A stretch of DNA of 64,000 bases from Balanoglossus misakiensis. Lineage: Eukaryota; Animalia; Hemichordata. Each line of letters opens with the position of its first letter. Within the stretch, counting starts at the first letter, position 1. Positions 52,701 through 64,000 of the stretch are shown here, one piece after another. The position numbers and the translations under genes were made by a program. The stretch is from NCBI GenBank assembly GCA_040954595.2, contig CM082592.2, positions 1,426,001 to 1,490,000 on the forward strand, given 5' to 3'. The notes under the pieces are model-generated. The model was not told the DNA's origin. It saw only the letters and a list, made by a program, of their open reading frames with translations, and searched no databases.

Positions 52701-55700
52701 TGTTGACCAGGCCAGAGTGGACACCCTCATGCCCATTAAATGTGTTTTGTGAGGTTAACCTTTGCGTCAACATTAACCAGGCCAGAGTGGACACCCCCAT
52801 GCCCATTAAATGTGTTTTGTGTTAACCAGGCCAGAGTGGACACCCTCATGCCCATTAAATGTGTTTTGTGAGGTCAACCTTTGCGTCAACATTAAATGTG
52901 TTTTGTGTTGTCCAGGCCAGAGTGGACACCCTCATGTCCATTAAATGTGTTTTGTGAGGTCAACCCTTGCGTTAACATTAACCAGTCCAGAGTGGACACC
53001 CTCATGCCCATTAAATGTGTTTTGTGTTAACCAGGCCAGAGTGGACACCCTCATGCCCATTATATGTGTTTTGCGAGGTCAACCTTTGCGTCAACATTAA
53101 ATGTGTTTTGTGTTAACCAGGCCAGAGTGGACACCCTCATGCCCATTAAATGTGTTTTGTGAGGTCAACCTTTGCGTTAACATTAACCAGGCCAGAGTGG
53201 ACACCCTCATGCCCATTAAATATGTTGTGGGAGGTCAACCCTTGCGTTAACATTTTTCAGGCCAGAGTGGACACCCTCATGCCCATTAAATGTGTTTTAT
53301 GAGGTCAACCTTTGCGTCAACATTAACCAGGCCAGAGTGGACACCCCCATGCCCATTAAATGTGTTTTGTGTTAACCAGGCCAGAGTGGACACCCTCATG
53401 CCCATTAAATGTGTTTTGTGAGGTCAACCTTTGCGTCAACATTAAATGTGTTTTATGTTAACGAGGCCATAGTGGACACCCTCATGCCCATTAAATGTGT
53501 TTTGTGAGGTCAACCTTTGTGTTAACATTAACCAGGCCAGAGTGGACACCCTCATGCCCATTAAATGTGTTGTGTGAGGTCAACCCTTGCGTTAACATTG
53601 ACCTGTCCAGAGTGGACACCCTCATGCCCATTAAATGTGTTTTGTGTTAACCAGGCCAGAGTGGACACCCTCATGCCCATTAAATGTGTTTTGTGAGGTC
53701 AACCTTTGCGTCAACATTAAATGTGTTTTGTGTTGTCCAGGCCAGAGTGGACACCCTCATGTCCATTAAATGTGTTTTGTGAGGTCAACCCTTGCGTTAA
53801 CATTAACCAGTCCAGAGTGGACACCCTCATGCCCATTAAATGTGTTTTGTGTTATTCAGGCCAGAGTGGACACCCTCATGCCCATTAAATGTGTATTGTG
53901 AGGTCATCCTTTGCGTCAACATTAACCAGGCCTGAGTAGACACCCCCATGCCCATTAAATGTGTTTTGTGAGGTCAACCTTTGCGTCAACATTAACCAGG
54001 CCAGAGTGGACACCCCCATGCCCATTAAATGTGTTTTGTGTTAACCAGGCCAGAGTGGACACCCTCATGCCCATTAAATGTGTTTTGTGAGGTCAACTTT
54101 GCGTCAACATTAACCAGGCCAGAGTGGACACCCTCATGCCCATTAAATATGTTGTGTGAGGTCAACCCTTGCGTTAACATTTTTCAGGCCAGAGTGGACA
54201 CCCTCATGCCCATTAAATGTGTTTTATGAGGTCAACCTTTGCGTCAACATTAACCAGGCCAGAGTGGACACCCCCATGCCCATTAAATGTGTTTTGTGTT
54301 AACCAGGCCAGAGTGGACACCCTCATGCCCATTAAATGTGTTTTGTGAGGTCAACCTTTGCGTCAACATTAAATGTGTTTTGTGTTAACGAGGCCATAGT
54401 GGACACCCTCATGCCCATTAAATGTGTTTTGTGAGGTCAACCTTTGCGTTAACATTAACCAGGCCAGAGTGGACACCCTCATGCCCATTAAATGTGTTGT
54501 GTGAGGTCAACCCTTGCGTTAACATTGACCTGTCCAGAGTGGACACCCTCATGCCCATTAAATGTGTTTTGTGTTAACCAAGCCAGAGTGGACACCCTCA
54601 TGCCCATTAAATGTGTTTTGTGAGGTCAACCTTTGCGTCAACATTAAATGTGTTTTGTGTTTACCAGGCCAGAGTGGACACCCTCATGCCCATAAAATGT
54701 GTTTTGTGAGGTCAACCTTTGCGTTAACATTAACCAGGCCAGAGTGGACACCCTCTTGCCCATTAAATATGTTGTGTGAGGTCAACCCTTGCGTTAACTT
54801 TAACCAGTCCAGAGTGGACACCCTCATGCCCATTAAATGTGTTTTGTGAGGTCAACCTTTGCGTCAACATTAACCAGGCCTGAGTAGACACCCCCATGCC
54901 CATTATATGAGTTTTGTGTTAACCAGGCCAGAGTGGACACCCTCATGCCCATTAAATGTGTTTTGTGAGGTTAACCTTTGTGTCAACATTAACCAGGCCA
55001 GAGTGGTCACCCTCATGCCCATTAAATGTGTTTTGTGAGGTTAACCTTTGCGTCAACATTAACCAGGCCTCAGTGGACACCCTCATGCCCATTAAATATG
55101 TTATGTGAGGTCAACCCTTGCGTTAACATTAACCAGGCCAGAGTGGACACCCTCATGCCTATTAAATGTGTTTTGTGAGGTCAACCTTTGCGTCAACATT
55201 AAATGTGTTTTGTGTTGACCAGGCCAGAGTGGACACCCTTATGTCCATTAAATGTGTTTTGTGAGGTCAACCCTTGCGTTAACATTAACCAGTCCAGAGT
55301 GGACACCCTCATGCCCATTAAATGTGTATTGTGAGGTCATCCTTTGCGTCAACATTAACCAGGCCTGAGTAGACACCCCCATGCCCATTAAATGTGTTTT
55401 GTGAGGTCAACCTTTGCGTCAACATTAACCAGGCCAGAGTGGACACCCCCATGCCCATTAAATGTGTTTTGTGTTAACCAGGCCAGAGTGGACACCCTCA
55501 TGCCCATTAATTGTGTTTTGTGTTAACCAGGCCAGAGTGGACACCCTCATGCCCATTATATGTGTTTTGTGAGGTCAACCTTTGCGTCAACATTAACCAG
55601 GCCAGAGTGGACACCCCCATGCCCATTAAATGTGTTTTGTGTTAACCAGGCCAGAGTGGACACCCTCATGCCCATTAATTGTGTTTTGTGTTAACCAGGC

Positions 55701-58670
55701 CAGAGTGGACACCCTCATGCCCATTAAATGTGTATTGTGAGGTCATCCTTTGCGTCAACATTAACCAGGCCTGAGTAGACACCCCCATGCCCATTAAATG
55801 TGTTTTGTGAGGTCAACCTTTGCGTCAACATTAACCAGGCCAGAGTGGACACCCCCATGCCCATTAAATGTGTTTTGTGTTAACCAGGCCAGAGTGGACA
55901 CCCTCATGCCCATTAAATGTGTTTTGTGTTAACCAGGCCAGAGTTAACACCCTCATGCCCATTATATGTGTTTTGCGAGGTCAACCTTTGCGTCAACATT
56001 AAATGTGTTTTGTGTTAACCAGGCCAGAGTGGACACCCTCATGCCCATTAAATGTGTTTTGTGAGGTCAACCTTTGCGTTAACATTAACCAGGCCAGAGT
56101 GGACACCCTCATGCCCATTAAATATGTTGTGTGAGGTCAACCCTTGCGTTAACATTTTTCAGGCCAGAGTGGACACCCTCATGCCCATTAAATGTGTTTT
56201 ATGAGGTCAACCTTTGCGTCAACATTAACCAGGCCAGAGTGGACACCCCCATGCCCATTAAATGTGTTTTGTGTTAACCAGGCCAGAGTGGACACCCTCA
56301 TGCCCATTAAATGTGTTTTGTGAGGTCAACCTTTGCGTCAACATTAAATGTGTTTTGTGTTAACGAGGCCATAGTGGACACCCTCATGCCCATTAAATGT
56401 GTTTTGTGAGGTCAACCTTTGCGTTAACATTAACCAGGCCAGAGTGGACACCCTCATGCCCATTAAATGTGTTGTGTGAGGTCAACCCTTGCGTTAACAT
56501 TGACCTGTCCAGAGTGGACACCCTCATGCCCATTAAATGTGTTTTGTGTTAACCAGGCCAGAGTGGACACCCTCATGCCCATTAAATGTGTTTTGTGAGG
56601 TCAACCTTTGCGTCAACATTAAATGTGTTTTGTGTTAACCAAGCCAGAGTGGACACCCTCATGCCCATTAAATGTGTTTTGTGAGGTCAACCTTTGCGTC
56701 AACATTAAATGTGTTTTGTGTTTACCAGGCCAGAGTGGACACCCTCATGCCCATTAAATGTGTTTTGTGAGGTCAACCTTTGCGTCAACATTAACCAGGC
56801 CAGAGTGGACACCCTCATGCCCATTAAATGTGTTTTGTGAGGTCAACCTTTGCGTTAACATAAACCAGGCCAGAGTGGACACCCTCATGCCCATTAAATG
56901 TGTTTTGTGAGGTCAACCTTTGCGTCAACATTAACCAGGCCTGAGTAGACACCCCCATGCCCATTATATGAGTTTTGTGTTAACCAGGCCAGTGTGGACA
57001 CCCTCATGCCCATTCAATGTGTTTTGTGAGGTCAACCTTTGCGTCAACATTAACCAGGCCACAGTGGACACCCTCATGCCCATTTAATGTGTTTTGTGTT
57101 AACCAGGCCAGAGTGGACACCCTCATGCCCATTAAATGTGCTTTGTGTTAACCAGGCCATAGTGGACACCCTCATGCCTATTATATGTGTTTTGTGAGGA
57201 CAACCTTTGCGTCAACATTAACCAGGCCTGAGTAGACACCCCCATGCCCATTATATGAGTTTTGTGTTAACCAGGCCAGAGTGGACACCCTCATGCCCAT
57301 TAAATGTGTTTTGTGAGATCAACCTTTGCGTCAACATTAACCAGGCCACAGTGGACACCCTCATGCCCATTTAATGTGTTTTGTGTTAACCAGGCCAGAG
57401 TGGACACCCTCATGCCCATTAAATGTGCTTTGTGTTAACCAGGCCAGAGTGGACACCCTCATGCCCATTATATGTGTTTTGTGAGGTCAACCTTTGCGTC
57501 AACATTAACCAGGCCACAGTGGACACCCTCATGCCCATTTAATGTGTTTTGTGTTAACCAGTCCAGAGTGGACACCCTCATGCCCATTAAATGTGTTTTG
57601 TGTTAACCAGGCCAGAGTGGACATCCTCATGCCCATTATATGTGTTTTGTGAGGTCAACCTTTGCGTCAACATTAACCAGGCCTGAGTAGACACCCCCAT
57701 GCCCATTAAATGTGTTTTGTGTTAACCAGGCCAGAGTGGACACCCTCATGCCCATTAAATGTGTTTTGTGTTCACCAGGCCAGAGTGGACACCCTCATGC
57801 CCATTATATGTGTTTTGTGAGGTCAACCTTTGCGTCAACATTAAATGTGTTTTGTGTTAACCAGGCCAGAGTGGACCCCCTCATGCCCATTAAATGTGTT
57901 TTGTGAGGTCAACCTTTGGGTTAACATTAACCAGGCCAGAGTGGACACCCTCATGCCCATTAAATGTGTTGTGTGAGGTCAACCCTTGCGTTAACATTAA
58001 CCAGTCCAGAGTGGACACCCTCATGCCCATTAAATGTGTTTTGTGTTAACCAGGCCAGAGTGGACACCCTCATGCCCATTAAATGTGTTTTGTGAGGTCA
58101 ACCTTTGCGTCAATATTAACCGGGCCAGAGTGGACACCCTCATGCCCATTAAATGTATTTTGTGAGGTCAACCTTTGCGTCAACATTAACCAGGCCAGAC
58201 TGGACACCCTCATGCCCATTTAATGTGTTTTGTGTTAACCAGGCCATAGTGGACACCCTCATGCCCATTAAATGTGTTTTGTGAGGTCAACCTTTGCGTC
58301 AACATTAAATGTGTTTTCTGTTAACCAGGCCAGAGTGGACACCCTCATGCCCATTAAATGTGTTTTGTGAGGTCAACCTTTGCGTCAACATTAACCAGGC
58401 CTGAGTAGACACCCCCATGCCCATTATATGAGTTTTGTGTTAACCAGACCATAGTGGACACCCTCATGCCCATTAAATGTGTTTTGTGAGGTCAACCTTT
58501 GCGTCAACATTAAATGTGTTTTGTGTTAACCAGGCCAGAGTGGACACCCTCATGCCCGTTAAATGTGTTTTGTGAGGTCAACCTTTGCGTCAACATTTAC
58601 CAGGCCTGAGTAGACACCCCCATGCCCATTATATGAGTTTTGTGTTAACCAGGCCAGAGTGAACACCCTC
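28737..58670 (+). repeat. ~30-kb satellite array of 49/70/86-bp modular monomers with higher-order repeats
   Basis: Modules A TTAACCAGGCCAGAGTGGACACCCTCATGCCCA (33), B TTAAATGTGTTTTGTG (16), C AGGTCAACCTTTGCGTCAACA (21). Observed spacings 70 (28861-28931), 49 (29071-29120) and 86 (29169-29255). Single orientation throughout. Confidence 0.99.
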
Positions 58671-61547
58671 CACTGGGCAAAATGATTGATATACGACAAT
58701 ATACGTAAAACTACTAAGTTTGTATATTTGACATATACGTTTCTATGGGGTGCCATGTGTTAACTTATTATTTAGCTTAATTATTTGTTCAAAAGTTGTT
58801 ATTTAACATACTTATATGTATGTAATTATAGATTTGCAAACCATTTAAGTCCTGACAATTTATTTATAAATAATTTCAAGTCCATTCAATTATATAAATA
58901 AAATGTATTTTATGCTCTTTTATTTATATATATTAAATTATTTATAAACAATGTCAACATGACTTGAAATTATTTATAAATAAATTCTCAGGACTTAAAT
59001 GGTTTGCAAATCTATAATTACATACATACATATAAGTATGTTAAATAACGACTTTTGAACAAATAATTTAGCTAAATAATAAGTTAACACATGGCACCCC
59101 ATACGTTTCATATACGTGCATTTACGTAACAAATGCAAGCTGCTAGATATGTGTACAAATATGTGAAGTATACATCATGTACACGTTCTCTTACATATAC
59201 GTTCCGCAGATCTACGTATTTGTAGTTATTTTCTACCGAATAGTGTGCTTACAGTATACGTCCATGTATATGTACGTATATTCATGCTAATTATTAGGAT
59301 TATTTGGACCACCCGTTTTTAAAAGCAAACGCTTTCAAAAGTTTGATGAAAGATCTGGGTCGCACTTCTGCGGCCACTTTATGTCGCAAACCGCTGGTTG
59401 TTTTATGACGTTTTACGACGTCCACCTCCGGTACACAGAAACACCAGCACCGCTGGCAGTCACAGAACGCTGTCAACCGTGTGCATAAGTTTGTTTCAAC
59501 ACCAGACAAAGCAAAAGAAGAGTTGTCACAGAAACTTGATAGTCTGGACGCAGAACAGAAGTCTTTGAGGGAAAATCGACATGCGGCGGTGATAATCTAT
59601 GCACCAACAAAGGAAGACGGGATCGTATGATTTTTGTAAGTTTAAACATACATCGTGTTTTGGTCTTGTCCATATCCACCCCACCCATGTGTCCGTGTTT
59701 TGACACTATTTCTACTCGTTGTTAGTCCGAGTCCTTTTTATTTCTGCCGTTTGCATTAGTGCATCAAGCATGTCTATGTAGAAACAGGTTTTGATTGACA
59801 ATATGACATTTCCACCAAGCATTTGTATTGTTATCTCAATGTCCCTTGTTTTACTTTGCAGCGGCAGGTAAAGCACTCAGCTATATGTAACCATAGAAGA
59901 TTCATATGATACAACCAACGAGTAAGTATATCTCTTTTATTCTTAGAGTTTTCATTCAATTTGGTGTAGTATGTGAAGATTAATAACATTGAGCATAACG
60001 CGTAGAGAAAAAAGACGCGGAACATCGGCCAAGATCAAAGGCCTTGGGGATTAGCTAGAACAAAAGGTAAACAAACTGGGTTGATTTCCATGTGTGCGCT
60101 ACAGCTTGGTGTTTCATGGTTGACAAGATGCATATAAGCGCGGGATTGCTGGATTGCCAGAATAGCTGACGTTCAGATATTTTAGCAGCTACTGAGCTTG
60201 GATACTTGGTAGCTATAACCATGCTCTTACGCGTGATAGTGAGCAACTATTCAGTCATAACTATTTGACCTTGGTTGCGATAACAGCACATTGAATCTGT
60301 ATGCTTTTTTGTCAACATGGCAGATAACAAAGTAAACAATTGGAAGGTGTGAAGACATTTCCCATGGCCCAATTTGTTGAATGCAAATGAGACATTTTCA
60401 CCCATAATATAAAAACAATGGGGGACGTTGATTATAAACAGTGCACTGTCATGTTGGCGACAAAGGTAAAACAGAACAGGCTGACGTTTCACTGTGTTCA
60501 AGGTGAAGGTGTTTACAGCCCACTCTACATAAACTGTGCCAGTGGGTTCAGAATTCGCCAAAGTTGCAGCTCATAGACACCGCAGTCAAAGATAAGTGCT
60601 TGAGATGACCAAACTAAATACTTTCTTTCTTTTTTTCTTCTACAGAGTCATGGCAAGATGATGGTTTTGAAGACAAATCATAATAGGATAAAATGGTGCA
60701 AGCAGGCGACCTGATGATGTCAGATGATCATGAAGTAAACTTTCATGGTATTTTGGAGTTACTAAATGAAGCTAGACTTTGAGTATTATTTTAGGTGTGC
60801 ATTTAAAAACAAAACATTTTGTTCTTTGTCCATGTACTGTCTTTAATCATTTTATATGTTTTAAATAAAATTGCCTTTTACGTGAATTTCATTATGTGAG
60901 CAGTTTTTTATTGATGCATGATGGGAGAAAGTGTATCTGTCTGAAATGTGATACCGATTTGTTGTTATTTATCTGCTTTGAAGTGCAGTTGCATCTCAAA
61001 GCAGATAAATAGTAACAAATTTACAGCAATAAAAGCTCAAATGAAAGGTGAACATGAAGGAAAGGTCAAATCCTGACCCTGAAGGATATGACCCCCAAAT
61101 TTTTTTGCAAATATTTGCCAACGATGATGACATAATGTATGGTAATTTCTGAAAGGGTCTGTGTTAAATATACGTAAAAATACAAGAAACGTGAACTCAA
61201 CTATGCAAATGTTAATGTCTGTGATGATGATGTAACGTATGCTAATAACACAGTCATGCAAATAGCAAGGAAGATATGCACTGAGAATGTGTACAAATAC
61301 GTTGGAATGTTTATGGTGTGCACTTGATCTGCATTGGTCTGCGTTGTGCACACCCGTGATCTTCATAGATATACGTGCACGTATACTAACACATTGGTAT
61401 GTTCCATATACGTGAATATACGTCACATATACGTGGTGCAAATTGTAGATGTACAACTGTGCAGACTATTGTATACTTGCGCATATTCCTGATCTACGTG
61501 TCCATATACGTAAAATACTGAATGTATATCAACCTTTTTGCCCAGTG
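58671..61547. mobile_element. Non-autonomous CMC/EnSpm (CACTG) element inserted in the satellite
   Basis: TIR CACTGGGCAAAA..TTGATATAC at both ends, 3-bp TSD CTC (58668-58670 and 61548-61550), subterminal ATATACGT motifs; the satellite resumes in register after it. Confidence 0.93.
58744..59103. mobile_element. IS3EU-type MITE nested in the CACTG element
   Basis: TATGGGGTGCCATGTGTTAAC..GTTAACACATGGCACCCCATA with ~140-bp TIRs and a 6-bp TSD CGTTTC. TAY..RTA termini with a 6-bp TSD fit IS3EU. Confidence 0.8.
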
Positions 61548-61622
61548 CTCATGCCCATTAAATGTGTTTTGTGAGGTCAACCTTTGCGTCAACATTAACC
61601 AGGCCTGAGTAGACACCCCCAT
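61548..61622 (+). repeat. Satellite remnant (about one monomer) between two insertions
   Basis: CTCATGCCCATTAAATGTGTTTTGTGAGGTCAACCTTTGCGTCAACATTAACCAGGCCTGAGTAGACACCCCCAT. Confidence 0.95.
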
Positions 61623-64000
61623 AGTCCTCGTTCATGATGACGTCACGCGCAAAGCAATATGGGATATACTTAGGTATGCAGTTGCCAAGGCGCCATATTT
61701 GAATTATTTTGTTTATGTTTAGCCAGCTGTACGTCTGCCCGGTACGTACGTCTGCTGCTGTTCTTTTGTACCCGTACCGCTATGTCGAATTGTTGCGTCC
61801 CTCATTGTTTTACTAACAGCAAGAACTATATACTGTTAAGTTTCCATGCCTTTCCACAAGATAGACAACGAAACATCCAGTGGAAAAAGCTAGTGAGAAA
61901 CGACAAAGTCTCCGACAGTGCAAAGGTTTGCGGCCTCCATTTTGTCGGCGGAAGAAAGACGTATGACGTTAAGATACCAACTATTTTTCCATGGTCAAAG
62001 AATTGGCCGAATATCGTTGACAGCTATAACCAAAAAGTAAAACTATGGTTTGAATCGAGGTGTAAGATAGATCACGACTATCCTAAACAACCAAGGACAC
62101 TGAGATGTTCTGTCCCTACATCATGCACGCCAAGAAGTCTGAAACGAACATGAAATACATCAACAAAGGTGTGTGTTGATAATTTATATCAGGCAGCTTA
62201 GTAATAGTGGTAGTGTAACCAAAAAAATTTTCACATAGCAAATATTTACTTTTTAGTGGAATAATAAATAAATTCCTGTATTAAAAAATATTTATTTATT
62301 TATTTATCAAAAAAAATATTTATTTATTTATTTATCAGTAGATGTCCTTGTCACCATTATTTTTTTTTATTTCAGGCACTATCTCCTGAAGTTCACCATG
62401 ACCCCACTGAAGATGCAAAGCATACTTCAAAGAAAAGGCTAGTGTTTCCTGTCAGCGATGGTTGTGAGCCGCCACCAAAGAAACCAAAACGTGAACTGTG
62501 TGACTCTATGAGAGTGTCTTATTATAAAGACACACACATTTTGTGCCAAGACGAACTGCAGACTATTGTAAATGCCATTGAAACTCATTTAGTTAATACA
62601 AAACCTGAGAATGATAACATTTTGGTTTTAAGAAAATTATTATCCATTGTTTTAAAACTATTGGGAACACTACGAGAGCTCTATGATACAAAAATAGATC
62701 TCCATGAATTCAACCGATTTTTATTGAGAAAATTTGCTGGATCAGATGAAGAAATTCAATTTTGGACTGGATTCTATTCATATAATGCCCTGATGTACTT
62801 TTACACAACATTCATTGAACCTCATGCAGCAAATTTGAAGTATTGGGGTACAGATAACAGCAGTGAAGATAAAGCTGATAAATGTGGTCCACGAAGGCAG
62901 TTACAGCCATCTGATGAATGATTTTTAACCCTTGTTAAACTAAAACAAGGCAGTGCTAATGAGGATCTAGCAGAGAGATTTGGACTGAGTGACTCCACTG
63001 TATCTCGAATTTGGCTTACTTACCTGAAACTCATGAGACAGATCCTAGAAAAATTGCCAAAGTGGTTGAGTTCCCGAAAACAAAAAAATACATGTTAGAG
63101 AGTTTCAAACAACTATATAGTGCTGTTGTGACAATTTTAGACTGTACACAGTTTGAACTAGAAAAGGCGTCAGATTTTGAAGTACAGGCTGCATTGTACT
63201 CAGACTACAAAAGTAGATGCACTGCAAAAGCATTGGTGGGATTATCTCCATCTGGGGTCCCCAACTTTATCTCAGACCTCATGGAAGGCAGTATCAGCGA
63301 CAACTCCATCACCATGAGAAGTGGTATTTTAGAAAAACTAAAAAAAGGGGATGCCATCAAGCAGACAAGGGCTGGACTAATAAAAAAAGTCTAGCACAAC
63401 ATGGCATCCGCCTAGTAACACCACACTTCTTACGAAATAAAACACAATTTGAGATTCCAGAACTCGTGGAATCAGTTTCCATCGCGAGAGTCAGAATACA
63501 CGTTGAAATATGTATTGGTAGAATAAAGCAGTGGAAAATACTCAGTCGCAGGTTATCACTCACAGAGTGGAATGCGTTAAACGACATCTGGAAAGTGTGT
63601 GCTCATTTAATTCTTTTTTGGCCCCCAATCATGGAATAAACAAACAAATTATGAACAGAAATTCTTACCCATCTGTAATTTTTAGCAATATATAATTTGA
63701 GATCATAATTCCTGCGACGACTGAGTATTTAAGCACTGCTTTATTTACCAATAAGTCTCACCACATTGATGTAGTATTCTTGGATTTGCAAAAATGTCCA
63801 TGGAAAATCAAGTCTTTGTATTATGTCATTGACCTCTCTATGAATGTAAGGGTTAAATAAAAAGTCACTAGTGGTGCCACAACAGTGCATTTTGTACCTT
63901 GACTTAATCTTTTCTTCACTGTTGTCATACTAGCAGCAGTAACCACAATAAGAAACAAATAAGAAATGTTATGATTTTTCATCCTTATTCATTTAATCAT
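61623..64000 (+). mobile_element. ISL2EU-type DNA transposon (left part; right end outside window)
   Basis: Begins AGTCC directly after the AT of the satellite (ISL2EU uses an AT TSD) and encodes a THAP-HTH-DDE_Tnp_4 transposase. Right TIR not seen. Confidence 0.7.
61782..63639 (+). pseudogene. THAP + HTH + DDE_Tnp_4 transposase (2 exons), inactivated
   Basis: Exon 1 61782-62168 (CCVPHC..FHAFP..W..VCGLHF..PTIF) and exon 2 from 62376 in phase 0. DE*FLTLVKLK..DLAERFGLSDSTVSRI, ILDCT, YSDYK, GSISD, ADKG, RIHVE..IGRIK. TGA at 62151 and 62919 plus two frameshifts. Confidence 0.92.

Noticed and set aside
28737-58670. CRISPR-like array (constant repeat with variable intervening lengths)
   Set aside because: Intervening segments are the same B/C modules rather than unique spacers, there are no cas genes, and the context is eukaryotic
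28737-58670. TTAA at module junctions as piggyBac/Kolobok target duplications; CENP-B box
   Set aside because: Modules have no TIRs, microhomology explains the junctions more simply, and no CENP-B box match was seen
48592-58756. Short ORFs in the satellite (MCFVRSTFALTLTRPEW...)
   Set aside because: Chance read-through of repeat monomers; useful only as duplication markers

Overview
Eukaryotic, repeat-saturated DNA that looks heterochromatic or pericentromeric. Spliced TE genes and an L2/Gypsy/Harbinger/ISL2EU/IS3EU/CMC/Helentron-type repertoire suggest a marine invertebrate (inference). I see no intact host gene, rRNA, tRNA or CRISPR array. Bases 1-28.7 kb are a mosaic of nested, decayed elements. 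These are a Gypsy 3' end, a HINE/DINE-like element with a 239-bp array, a Harbinger MITE inserted into a polycystin-like channel exon, a foldback element, an L2 3' half, a spliced CXC+P2X7-ballast (KolX-like) pseudogene, a Harbinger with interleaved antisense genes, a CACTG element, a split Mag-type Gypsy and an L2 5' half. Bases 28.7-58.7 kb are one ~30-kb satellite built from three modules (33/16/21 bp) that give 49/70/86-bp monomers, with higher-order repeats of 620, 1063, 1877 and 3870 bp. A CACTG element (carrying an IS3EU-type MITE) and a THAP-DDE ISL2EU-type transposon interrupt its right side. The most notable observations are the two complementary L2 halves in permuted order bounding an 18.7-kb segment, the modular grammar of the satellite, and the Harbinger whose two genes appear to start from the same TIR-encoded ATG. 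All family calls come from motif recognition by eye; no database searches were run.
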